From the NCBI GenBank assembly GCA_012295275.1, contig CM022675.1:16430001-16494000 (forward strand): a stretch of DNA of 64,000 nt, read 5' to 3'. Source of the stretch: Chrysomallon squamiferum (lineage: Eukaryota > Animalia > Mollusca). Below the pieces are notes generated by a model. The model was not told where the DNA came from and searched no databases. It saw only the letters and a program-made list of their open reading frames with translations. The position numbers and the translations under genes were made by a program. This document shows, piece by piece, positions 23,751 to 36,668 of the stretch. The first letter of the stretch is position 1; the number at the start of each line of letters is the position of its first letter.

Positions 23751-26255
23751 GGTGGTAACTGTTTCATAATAAATAATATTTGTTGATTTTGTATTTTGTT
23801 TTTATGTAATAATTATATTAAGTTAATTATATTGCTTTTTATATAATAATTATATCAAATTAATTATATTGTTTTTTATATGGTAATTATATCATAGTAC
23901 ATATATTGTTTTTATGTAATAATTACAACAAAGTAAATATTTTGTTGTTATGTAATAATTATATCGGATTAAACTTGTTTGTAATAATTAAATCAGAGCA
24001 CATATATTGTTTTTATATAGTAATTATATAGTAATTATTACATAATATATATTGTTTTTATGTAGTAATTATATAGTAATGTCAGATATTGTTTTTATAT
24101 AGTAATTATATAGTAATTATTACATAATATATATTGTTTTTATGTAGTAATTATATCAGAGTACATAATATATATTGTTTTTATGTAGTAATTATATCAG
24201 AACATAATATATATGGTTTTACTATAATAATTATATCTGAGTACATATGTACTTTTCTGTTACCAGTTACCTGTACATGATTTGTTTAAGATGCATTTTA
24301 GAACAATGAGTGATTTAGAGAATAGTTAATGTAAAGATGAGTAATTTTTATTTTCTTTATACAAAATTACAGTTAGTTTTATTTGCTATCACCGAATTCT
24401 TTTCATCATCTGTAATGAATATTGTAGATAATATTAATATTGAAATTGTGTCACAAAACATTAACAAAGCCTATTAAAAAATGTCAACTGAAGATTAAGC
24501 TATGGTGGTAATTTGGGTATAATTAGAGATAATATAAATGATCGCAGTTTCCTAATTAATATTTGTTTATTTTGTCACTAAAAACTCTTCATATCCATTA
24601 CAGTCAGTAGTGCTTGTTGTGACAGATCAGTATCAGTGTTTCAGAAGTGAGCTATAGACAGCTATATACAACATATCAAAATTAATTCATTTTCTTTGTT
24701 TTTATTATTTACTTACTTTTTAAAATAAATTTTAGTTATATATAGAAAAGTCATGACAGACTGAGTATCCATGTACCATTGATCACACATTCGTTTTTCT
24801 TTCTTGTTCTCTGACTTCTCAGAACAAGTGGTGGGGGGGGTTGTTTTCGCCATTCCACTTTGTTTCATATTACTGTTATAAAAAATGAAAATACATGCTT
24901 AATAACATTCTATAACAAGTTTATAAATTTATGAAACTTTATATTTTTGAATTTTTACAAACGTTTTTTTTCCAATCATTATATTTTCTTTTATTATTAT
25001 TAGCTGTTGTTGTTGTAGTAATAATGGTAGTAGTAGTACTGAAGAATTTATAGTTTAAGCAATTTACCGTAAGCTTAACATTACTGTTCTTTTTTTTTCT
25101 TCTTTTTTCTTTTTTTTAAATGGTATTGCACTTACTGCATTCTTATTTTGTACATTCATTTTGTACATTTATTTTACTGCAAAACTCTGAATAATTATAA
25201 TCTTCACATTAATTTCTCATTTGTTTGTTTTAATTAGTTTAAAACTAAATTTTAATCCATTAATCCCTGTCATATTTGACGTGATAGGAGGGTTGTCCCC
25301 CACTCTGAAGACTCACTTCATGACAGCTTCAAACACACATTTGTAGTTTATACTTCAATTTCAGAATCCATGTACAAGAGCAAATCCCATTAATATAGTT
25401 CAATATGTTCAAATACTTCTAAAGAAAAAGTATAATTTATGACTTAATCTTTAGGTTTTCAAATCATTAAAACATTTGTATAATTAATTTCAGTGAGGTA
25501 TTTTAAAATTCTAAAATATCATCTTACTTTTTATTAACATATTTTAATAGGCTTACTCTTTTATTAGCAGTAGTAAGTTATTTTTACATAATCTTTCCCT
25601 ACAGAAGACAGCACATACCATGTCCTTTGATAAACCAGTACTGAGACTTTGATTTACATAGAGCACATTTATTGTTTTTATGTAGTAATTATATCAGAGT
25701 AGATAATATAGATTGTTTTTATGTAGTAATTATATCAGAGTACATAATATATATTGTTTTTTATAGTAAGTACATAATATATATTGTTTTAATGTAGTAA
25801 TTATATCAGAATACATAATATATATTGTTTTTAATGTAGTAATTATATCAGAACATAATATATATGGTTTTACTATAATAATTATATCTGAGTACATATG
25901 TACTTTTCTGTTACCAGTTACCTGTACATGATTTGTTTAAGATGCATTTTAGAACAAAGAGTGATTTAGAGAATAGTTAATGTAAAGATGAGTAATTTTT
26001 ATTTTCTTTATACAAAATTACAGTTAGTTTTATTTGCTTTATACGAGATTAAGCTATCGTGGTAATCTGGGTATAATTAGAGAGAATATAAGTGATCACT
26101 GTTTCATAATTAATATTTGTTTATTTTGTCACTAAAAATCTCTTCATATCCATTACAGTCAGTAGTGCTTGTTGTGACAGATCAGTATCAGTGTTTTAGA
26201 AGTGAGCTATAGACAGCTATATACAACATATCAAAATTAAATCATTTTCTTTCAG

Positions 26256-26303
<48 letters not shown>

Positions 26304-27309
26304 GTTATATACAGAAAAGTCATGACAGGCTGAGTATCCATGTTTCATTTGTGTTTCTTTCATGTTCTCTGACTTCTCAGAACAAATGGGTGGTGTTTTT
26401 CCCATTCCACTTTGTTTCCTATTACTGTTATAAAAAATGAAAATACATGCTTAATAACACTCTATAACAAGTTTATAAATTTATGAAACTTTATATTTTA
26501 GAATTTTTACAAATGTTATTGTTCCAATCAATTTCTTTTTTTTAATTATTATTAGCTGTTGTTGTAGTAATAATGGTTGTAGTAGTACTGAAGAATTTTT
26601 ATTTTAAGCAATTTACCCTAAACTTAACATTACTGTTCTTTTTTTTAATGGTATTGCACTTATTGCATTCATATTTTGTACATTTATTTTACTGCAAAAC
26701 TCAAAATAATTAAAATCTTCACATTAATTTTTCATTTGTTTGTTTTAATTGATTTAAAACTAAATTTTAATCCTTTCAATGGCTGTCATATTTGACGTGA
26801 TAGGAGGGTTGTCCCCACTCTGAAGACTCACTTCATGACAGCTTCAAACACACATTTGTAGTTTATACTTCAATTTCAGAATGCATGTACAAGAGCAAAT
26901 CCCATTAATATATTTCAAAATCTTCAAATACTTCTAAAGAAAAAGTATAATTTATGACTTAATCTTTAAGTTTTCAAATCATTAAAACATTTGTATCATT
27001 AATTTCAGTGAGGTATTTTAAAATCCTCATATATAATCTTACTTTTTATTAACATTTTTTAATAGGCTTACTCTTTTATTAGCAGCAGTAAGTTATTTTA
27101 ACATAATCTTCCCTTACAGAAGACAGCACATACCAGGTCCTTTGATAAACCAGTACTGAGACTTTGATTTACAAGTTTTTTTATATCTGTAAATTATTAT
27201 AATAATCATTTTGAATTTGTTAGTTTGATAAATGAAAAACAAAAACAAACATTTTTACTAATATTTACATATATTATAATTAAATATGTGTATATTTGTT
27301 TGTATGTTG

Positions 27310-28340
27310 CAGAGAGAGGATGGTTACATACGTGAGTGAGTGAAAGAGAATGTGTATGGGTTTGTGTGTTAGAGAGAAAAGATGGGTGTATGCATGTGTG
27401 AGTGAAAGAGAATGTGTATGGGTTTGTGTGTTAGAGAGAAAAGATGGGTGTATACAGAGAAAGAGAATGTGTATGGGTTTGTGTGTTAGAGAGAAAAGAT
27501 GGGTATATACATGTGTGAGTGAAAGAGAATGTGTATGGGTTTTGTGTTTGTTAAATAATGAGAATGTGTATGGGTTTGTGTGTTAGAGAGAAAAGATGGG
27601 TATATACATGTGTGAGTGAGTGAAAGAGAATGTGTATGGGTTTGTGAGTTAGAGAGAAAAGATGGGTAAATACATGTGTGAGTGAAAGAGAATGTGTATG
27701 GGTTTGTGTGTTAGAGAGAAAAGATGGGTGTATACATGTGTGAGTGAAAGAGAATGTGTATGGGTTTGTGTGTTAGAGAGAAAAGATGGGTAAATACATG
27801 TGTGAGTGAAAGAGAATGTGTGTGAAAGAGAATGTGTATGGGTTTGTGTGTTAGAGAGAAAAGATGGGTAAATACATGAGTGTGTGAGTGAAAGAGAATG
27901 TGTATGGGTTTGTGTGTTAGAGAGAAAAGATGGGTGTATACATGTGTGAGTGAAAGAGAATGTGTATGGGTTTGTGTGTTAGAGAGAAAAGATGGGTGAA
28001 TACATGAGTGAGTGAGTGAAAGAGAATGTGTATGGGTTTGTGTGTTAGAGAGAAAAGATGGTTAAATACATGTGTGAGTGAAAGAGAATGTGTATGGGTT
28101 TGTGTGTTAGAGAGAAAAGATGGGTGTATACATGTGTGAGTGAAAGAGAATGTGTATGGGTTTATGGGTTTGTGTGTTAGAGAGAAAAGATGGGTAAATA
28201 TATGTGAGTGAAAGAGAATGTGTATGGGTTTGTGTGTTAGAGAGAAAAGATGGGTATATACATGTGTGAGTGAAAGAGAATGTGTATGGGTTTGTGTGTT
28301 AGAGAGAAAAGATGGGTGTATACATGTGTGAGTGAAAGAC
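27310..28340. repeat. ~62-bp minisatellite, ~16-17 copies
   Basis: Unit AGAGAGAAAAGATGGGTGTATACATGTGTGAGTGAAAGAGAATGTGTATGGGTTTGTGTGTT; the paralogous site at ~10868-11100 has ~4 copies. Confidence 0.95.
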
Positions 28341-28689
28341 AGGGTACATGTGAATGGGTGTATGGGTGTGTGTTAGGGTGTGTGTTAGGGTGGGTACATA
28401 ACAGAGTGTGAAAGGTGTAGTGATATATACATGTGTGAGTGAAAGACAGGGTACATGTGTATGGGTGTAGATGGGTTTTGTTAGGATGTGTTTTACATAA
28501 CAGAGTGTGAAAGGGTGTTTTGGTTGAGATGTTTTGGAGAGATGAGTTTGTTGATAATTAAATAATTAAGATAATTTCTTTTCTTTAAAAAATACTTAAT
28601 ATTTTCTTTTAGGTGTTGATATTTCTTGCTATTTTTAATCGTTGATAATTAATGTATATGTAGCACTTTGTGAACGAGGTGAATGTCGA

Positions 28690-29300
28690 AGAATAATAAA
28701 GCTGTAACCTGCTCTGACTCTGTCTTGATCTCAACTGTCTTGTGGGAGGTTAAAGATCAGATTTTGATTTTTCGCAATGGGCATCTAGATTCTTTTACAA
28801 ATCTCGCATAAATGTATTTATTTATTGTCTTTATATATCCGACTTCTTTAATTTTGTTGAGCCACATAAATCTGTCTCCAAATTATTTTAGTATTTTTAT
28901 CATTAGTTCAACGCTGCTAAATCTATTTTTTCACAGTATATGGCTCAAGAAATATAGTTATTTTATATGGCACTAAAGAACATATTTTTGTGTATATTGA
29001 ATTCACTGATTAACCAACATGCAAGAAATAAGAACATTAAGAAGAAATGAATAGTTAAACCTAAATGATTTAATAATCAAGTGATTAAAATAACGGGAAA
29101 TATAAAAGAAAAATAGATTTTAATTTTATAATATCTTCATTATAAACAGATGAGAAATGTAGATAAATCTTATTACTGAGTAATTAAAGAAGTAGTATTC
29201 ACTTTTATTGTCTTAAACTAAATTGGATATATATTGTATAACATTAAAAATTAGTAAATGATATGAATATTCATAGAAAAGCAAATAAATGAAAATTATT
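28690..29300 (+). repeat. ~600-bp duplicated segment, partner ~42250-42870
   Basis: Collinear matches (CTCTGACTCTG...TGTCTTGTGGGAG; TTAACCAACATG.AAGAAATAAGAACATTAAGAAGAAATGAATAGTT; AAACAGATGAGAAATGTAGATAAATCTTATTA). Confidence 0.85.
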
Positions 29301-29475
29301 TAATAAAAAAATAAACAAAAATTATTATTATTGTTATTATTATTATTATTATTTTTTTATCATTTTTTACTAATTGAGATATTGATTTTATATTAACATA
29401 TCCTTTATTAGCACCAAATAGCCTAAAGTTTCTTCTAAGTTTATTTGGAATGAGTTTATGAGTTTATGACACACA

Positions 29476-29524
<49 letters not shown>

Positions 29525-29738
29525 AAAAGAGAAAGATTGAGAGAGAAAGAAAGAGAGAGAAAAGAAAAAACAAAAAATTACAATGTTAAGATTATATCAT
29601 CTTTTGAAATGAACACTGATGTTCTATGCTTTTAGTTTCTTCTTTGGAATTTCTGTTTGTTGAAAAATAAAATAAAAATTGTTTAAAAGAAACACGAAAA
29701 CCTAAATAAAAATTTGAATTTATACTCAAATATCATAA

Positions 29739-29771
<33 letters not shown>

Positions 29772-29856
29772 TTGTTGTCAGGATTAGTGTTTTTAACAGA
29801 ACATACTTATATTGAAAGTAAAATCAACACTGAACAAATAATAAAGTCATATTACA

Positions 29857-31956
29857 TTAACAAATTGATTTGCAGGCTGTAGGAGAATTTACAGCAAGAT
29901 TAGCACAGAATGTAGCAGTTCCAGTTTGTTGACTTCGCTGAGTCATTATTCTGCAGAACCAAGTACCTCTGTCTGCGCATCCCCACAGTGCTGCAAAAAT
30001 TTGTTATCATCAGCATCATCATCATCATCATACTCATCATCATTATTATCATTATCATCATTATCGTCATTAACATTATCATTATTATCATCATCCGACA
30101 AACTATTATTAATGTACTGCTAACACACAAGTAACATAAAAAGTGATTAGTTTGTTCTCGACTTAAATTGTGCTTACTTTACAGTGTCACAATAAACGTA
30201 AGTTCTACGACAACTTAAAGTACACTTACTTGTACAAGTTCCACAAGATTTTGACAGTTGTTAGATACGACTGATAACGTACACGAGGTTGTAAAGGCTG
30301 TTGTAGCTGCAGCCTGAGCTCCAGCGGCACAACCTGATGACAAAACAAGAAAAAAGAATGCACTGTAATTGACTAGAACTCTGTGCATACTACAGTTAAA
30401 AGTTATTAATTTGAAATGTGTTTTTCTTTGCTTTATTTATTTTTTAATTTTTTATTTCGTTTGTATAATTTTCTTAGTATATGGGAATATATCATTAATT
30501 TAGCTACTTTTTTATAGTTTCGTTAATATAATATAATATAATATAATATCGCATAATATAATGAGGTATACTGCAGGAAAGTGTGTTATAGTATATAATA
30601 GAACTGTATTGTAGATCATAGCATAGTAAAGCATAATGCAGTGTAGTAATGTATAGTATAACATAGTTAAGTAGAATAGAATAGAGTACAGTTTATAGTA
30701 GAATAGAGTAGAGTTGAGTTTATAGTAGAGTAGAGTTTATAGTAGAATAGAGTAGAGTAGAGTTTATAGTAGAATAGAGTAGAATGAGTTTAATAGAAGA
30801 GAGTAGAGTAGAGTTTATAGTAGAATAGAGTAGAGTAGAGTTTATAGTAGAATAGAGTAGAGTTGAGTTTATAGTAGAAGAGAGTAGAGTAGAGTTTATA
30901 GTAGAATAGAGTAGAGTAGAGTTTATAGTAGAATAGAGTAGAGTTGAGTTTATAGTAGAAGAGAGTAGAGTAGAGTTTATAGTAGAATAGAGTAGAGTAG
31001 AGTTTATAGTAGAATAGAGTAGAGAGTTTATAGTAGAATAGAGTAGTTAGAAATAGTAGAAACATTATAGAGTTGAGTTTTAGTAGAAGAGAAAAGAGAG
31101 AGTTTATAGTTAGAGACAGTTTTATAGTAGAATAAGGATAACATTAAATTTACTTTATCTTAAAAACAAACAAATAAAGGATAATTAAACACATATAAAA
31201 ACAAACAAATAAAGAGCAAACACAATCTTTAAAACCATGAAAAACGCAGCAAACAAATAAAATCCAAACAAACAAACAAACAAAAACAGCAACAAATACC
31301 AGAAGAAAGAAAGAAAACAAAAACAAGACAGAAAACAATCCACACTTTAAAAAAATAAAAATAATAATAACAAACAAACAAACTAAAGAAAGATATTAAG
31401 GGCAATATCAAAATAATAATGATATAAATATTCTTACTATTCTGACATGTTTCCATAGAATTGGTTTGTGCACGTGCAGACACCAGTATTTAATGTTCCT
31501 CCGTTTTGGCATGCTTTTAAATAATAAAATAAAATACACACATATTAGAATCCTCGATATCCATACATCAGTTTATCTGGTATTAACTTGAATTAGTTAA
31601 ATTAGCCTAAACTTAGAAACAGCTATCCATCTTTAAGGCCGATTGTTAATATATGCACAAATAGATGTATCCACACACACACACACACACACACATGTAT
31701 ATAATATAACAGGTGTAACCATACACTTACATATATACTATATTTCTAAGTAACCATTAACATATAAAGATATATCGTATATATTTACTTGATAATCTAT
31801 GGAAACATATACAAGATAAAAAAAAACATAAATAAATAAAATAAAATAAATAAATAAATAAGAACACATCTATAAATAAATATTATACTTACACGTCACC
31901 TGACAAGTCGACAATCGCATTAACAAGAAAACAACAAATATTTGTAAGAACAGCAT
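29857..31956 (-). pseudogene. Gene C: frameshifted paralogue of gene D (EGF-like + 2x ShK-like)
   Basis: Exons 31956-31893 (MLFLQIFVVFLLMRLSTCQVT), 31513-31438 (76 nt, 2-nt deletion), 30333-30230 (104 nt, A5->A4), 29990-29857 (intact). As assembled, exon 2 TA + exon 3 G gives TAG. TATA box at 32021-32014 is intact. The indels could be consensus errors. Confidence 0.7.
30690..31130. repeat. 27-bp minisatellite in gene C intron 2
   Basis: Unit AGTTTATAGTAGAATAGAGTAGAGTAG; explains the LYSTLFYYK repeat ORF; about one copy at the homologous site in genes A and D. Confidence 0.93.
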
Positions 31957-32376
31957 TTTTAATACAGATCTCATCTTCTCAGATCTCTGATGTCCACACA
32001 GAAATGTTTCCTTTATTTATAGTCAGAAGATGTTCTGTGTCTTAATTAATTTTTGTAGAAGGTCATGTTTTCATCTTGTTCAAGTTTAGCAGATGCTACC
32101 TATTTTATCCGAAAATCGCTTTAATTCGTTTAACTGCTTTAAATTTTATGGGTCAAAAAGACTTCAAGGATTTTTATTTAGCATCTGGGTTAAAATATAG
32201 AAATTAAAATCAATGTATTAAAACAAATGTAGTTTGTTAAAGTTTTAGTTCTATAACTTTTTAAATTTTATTTATTGTTGAATATTCCACCGAGTATTGC
32301 AAAAATATTTCTTTAAAATGTTTATTCTTGATCATGTTTTTACGTTTAGCATAATAATAATAATAATAACAATAAC

Positions 32377-32429
<53 letters not shown>

Positions 32430-33514
32430 TAACAATAACAGTAACAATAATAATAATAATAATAAATAATAATAATAATAATAATTATTATTATTATTAT
32501 TATTATATTTGTTATTGTATGTGTTTGTTGTAGTGGTACAATGTGTAATAGTTTGTAAGGTGTCGTGTGTCGCTTTGTGTTTTGTTTATTAACTAATTTT
32601 GTTGTCGCTTATTAACCACGTGCTGGTGTTCTCCATTTAACATGTTATTTATAATTCAGAAGATTGTCAGTAAGTTTAATAAAGTAATATGGTGAGTGTA
32701 AAACAGTCAGAAAGTACGTAGCTAGTCTACAACCTGCTGAGGAGTCGGACATGAGACAGCTTGACAGTTAATTTTGTACTCGCTGTTATCTGACTTTTAT
32801 CAGGAGAGTAACTGGTGGACACCACTGTCCGATTTAAAAAATTATCGTAAGGTCATCACAAAATTTACGTACAAGTAAATTAAACTATTATTGATTAACT
32901 CTATTGACCTATAAAAACATTTATCTATGGGAAATCAAGAAATCGGTGACATGTACAAGAATGAAAGCTGTCTTCTGATTGGTTGCTTTTTTGTTCTGAT
33001 TGTCTTTGATTTACGTTTTACCTGGATACACTTTCACCAAATAAACCCCAGTACGTTTCTACATGAAAAGTTTGACCATAAAAGGCAATAAATGCCAAAA
33101 TACAAATAACTCAATTTCGGTAAATGGTCTCGTTTTACAAATGACATCAATTTAAAATATCCTCATTGAATTTAAACGTTTTAGAATGAAATACAGATAT
33201 TTTTTATTTCTTGTAAATAACTTTCTCTTAATTATTTTTAAATAGACATCATATACTGATTAAAGTGTTTCCAAAAAGTTTTCTAAATTCAGAGACAAAG
33301 GTTAATCCACTGCTTAAACACATATCCACTGCTTAAACACATTTTACATTTTAGTGGTTTTTTTAATATTCATTACCTGATTTTGGATATCAAAATTTCT
33401 TTTTCATGCCCAGCACGACAACAAAATTAGTTAATAAACAAAACACAAAGCGACACACGACACCTTACAAACTATTACACATTGTACCACTACAACAAAC
33501 ACATACAATAACAA

Positions 33515-33552
<38 letters not shown>

Positions 33553-33786
33553 CTAAATGTAATAAGATGATCACGCATAAACAGTTCTGCAATGCTCGGT
33601 GAAATATTCAACAAAAAATAAAATAAAGTTATAAAACTAAAACTAAATATATTTGTTGCATTGATTTTAATTTCTATATTTTAACCCAGATGCTAAATAG
33701 GGCATTAGAAATCCCTGAAGTCTTTTTGACCCATAAAATTTAAAGCAGTTACACGAATTAAAGCGATTTTCTGATAAAATAGGTAG

Positions 33787-33925
33787 CATCTGCTAAACTT
33801 GAACAGCATGAAAACATGATTTTCTACAAAAATTAATTAAGATACAGAACATCTTCTGACTATAAATAAAGGAAAGATTTCTATGTGGACATCAGAGATC
33901 TGAGAAGACGAGATCTGTTGTAAAA
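33787..33925 (+). promoter_or_regulatory. Core promoter of gene D (CATCTG 33787; TATAAATA 33861-33868)
   Basis: Same conserved block as genes A, B and C. Confidence 0.75.
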
Positions 33926-35557
33926 ATGATGTTCTTACAAATATTTGTTGTTTTCTTGTTAATGCGATTGTCGACTTGTCAGGTGATGTGTAAGTATAAT
34001 ATTTATTTATAGATTTGTTCTTATTTGAAATGAATATTTTTATTACCTTTTCTTTTTTTAAGCTGGTGGAATAGTACACATTAATTTGTGATAATCGTCT
34101 TTGTGTTTGTATGTGTGTGTGTTTTATATATATATATATATATTGGACATAACAAGTCTAGCTATTAATAGCTCAGTATCTTTTATCGGTTTTTTTTTTT
34201 TTGTATGTTCTTTTCTCTTTATTTATTTTATACATCCGTATATTATCAAGTAAATATATAAGTTATATCTTGAAATGTATATGGTTACTTCGAAATATAG
34301 AATATATGTAAGTCTATTACACTTGCTATATATATATATACTATGCTATGATTTTAATATGTGTGTATTTTATTTTAATTATTTAAAAGCATGCCAAAAC
34401 GGCGGAACATTAACTGCTGCTGGTGCCTGCATGTGCACAAACCAATTCTATGGAAGCATGTGCCAGAATAGTAAGAATATTTATATCATTATTATTTTGA
34501 TATTGCCCTTAATATCTGTCTTTTTTTGTTTGTTTATATTTTTGTTTAAGTGTGGATTGTTTTCTGTCTTGTTTTTGTTTTCTTTCTTTCTTTTGGTATT
34601 TGTTGTTGTTTTTGTTTGTTTGTTTGGATTTTATTTCTTTTGTGGCTTTTTCATGGTTTTGATTTTTGTGTTTGCTGTTTATTTGTTTGTTTTTAAGATA
34701 TTATGGTATTTAGTTCTAATCTACTATAAACTCAACTCCACTCTACTGGACTATTTATTCTACTGTACATTACTACACTGCATTATGCTTTACTATGTAT
34801 GATGTACTATACTGTTCTATTATATACTATAATACTTTCCTGCACTATACTTCATTACAGTATGCCTCATTATATTATACTATATTAAAGAAACTAAAAA
34901 AAAAAAAAAAAAAGCTTAAATTAATGATATATTCCCATACACTAAGAAAATTATACAAACGAAATAGAAAATAAATAATAAATAAACAAAGAAAAACACA
35001 TTTCACATTAATAACCTTAAACTGTAGTATGCACAGAGTTCTAGTCAATTACAGTGCATTCTTTTTTCTTGTTTTGTCATCAGGTTGTGCCGCTGGAGCT
35101 CAGGCTGCAGCTACAACAGCCTTTACAACCTCGTGTACGTTATCAGTCGTATCTAACAACTGTCAAAAATCTTGCGGAACTTGTACAAGTAAGTGTACTT
35201 TAAGTTGTCGTAGAACTTACGTGTATTGTGACACTATAAAGTAAGCACAATTTAAGTCGAAAACAAACTAATCACTTTTTATGTTACTTGTGTGTTAGCA
35301 GTTAATAATAGTTTGTCGGATGATGATAATAATGATAATGTTAATGACGATAATGATGATAATGATAATAATGATGATGAGTATGATGATAATGATGATG
35401 CTGATGATAACAAATTTTCGCAGCACCGTGGGGATGCGCAGACAGAGGTACTTGGTTCTGCAGAATAATGACTCAGCGAAGTCAACAAACTGGAACTGCT
35501 ACATTCTGTGCTAATCTTGCTGTAACTTCTCCTACAGCCTGCAAATCAATTTGTTAA
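33926..35557 (+). CDS. Gene D: secreted EGF-like + 2x ShK-like cysteine-rich protein, 127 aa, 4 exons
   Basis: Exons 33926-33989, 34390-34470, 35084-35188, 35424-35557; all GT-AG, phase 1; 384 nt open. MMFLQIFVVFLLMRLSTCQVM-SCQNGGTLTAAGACMCTNQFYGSMCQN-SCAAGAQAAATTAFTTSCTLSVVSNNCQKSCGTCT-TPWGCADRGTWFCRIMTQRSQQTGTATFCANLAVTSPTACKSIC*. Confidence 0.88.
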
Positions 35558-35922
35558 TGTAATATGACTTCATTATTTGTTCAGTGTTGATTTTACTTTT
35601 AATATAAGGATGTTCTGTTAAAAACACTAATCCTGGTAACAAAGGAACACACACACACACACACATTATGAGAATATGAATGAGAGCTGATCTTGTTAAA
35701 AACTGCTTTTATATCAATCTACAGGTAATTAAATTGAAACCAACACACACACACACACACACATAATTCAAATTTTTATTTCAGTACATGTTTGTTTAAA
35801 ACAAATTTTATTTTTCAGAAAACAGAAATTCTAAAGAAGAAACTAAAAGTATAGAACATCACTGCTCATTTCAAAAGATTAAATAATCTTAACAGCTGTA
35901 ATTTTGTTTGTTTTTAATATAT

Positions 35923-35979
<57 letters not shown>

Positions 35980-35999
35980 GTAAACTCATAAACCCTTCA

Positions 36000-36627
36000 A
36001 AATATAAAAATATACTCTATCGAGGATAGAACCTACCAACTTCCAAGCCGCAGTCGTACACTCTACACGAGAACTAAATTGTAGAAATAATGTTCTAAGG
36101 AGAGTCAATGTCAAACCTCGCTTAGGTCGCCACTGTTGGTCACTTTACGAAAAAAACCTCTAGTAGCCTAAGAGTGTCATCTCAAAGAGAAACAGTCAAG
36201 GCATTTATTTTTTTTTAACTGTAGTATTTTCCTTATTAATCTGAGCTGGAATGTCATAGAGATGATGAGTTAATTTAAATGGCTGTTCAAACTAATGATG
36301 ATAACCTGATGATGATAAGCTACTCACAAACTTCGATATCAAATTTTGAATTGGTTTTTAGTCATAGAAATGGGAAAATACCGTCAGCTCATTTATAAGT
36401 TTTACGAGTTAAATTTTATATGATGGCTTTCTCTGTATTTTTTATAATGATATTAAAATATAAATCAAAGTCTATATAACGAGAGTTTTTCTCGTTAATT
36501 TTTGTATCAAATAAACTTAGTACTGTTGTAAATTAGAAACTTTAGGTTATTTTGTGCCACATAAAGGAGTATGTTAATATAAAATGTAATATCCGCCAGT
36601 TAGTACACAGATGATAATGAAAATGAA

Positions 36628-36668
<41 letters not shown>

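Larger units (their letters stand above)
29450..35995. repeat. Large inverted duplication containing genes C and D
   Basis: Arms ~29450-32607 and ~33416-35995 are reverse-complementary; inner breakpoint at ...TTTTGTTGTCG; ~0.8-kb spacer homologous to the gene A upstream region (~3140-3760). Confidence 0.9.

Noticed and set aside
30790-31065. ORF with LYSTLFYYK repeats
   Set aside because: 27-bp minisatellite inside gene C intron 2, absent as an array from paralogues.
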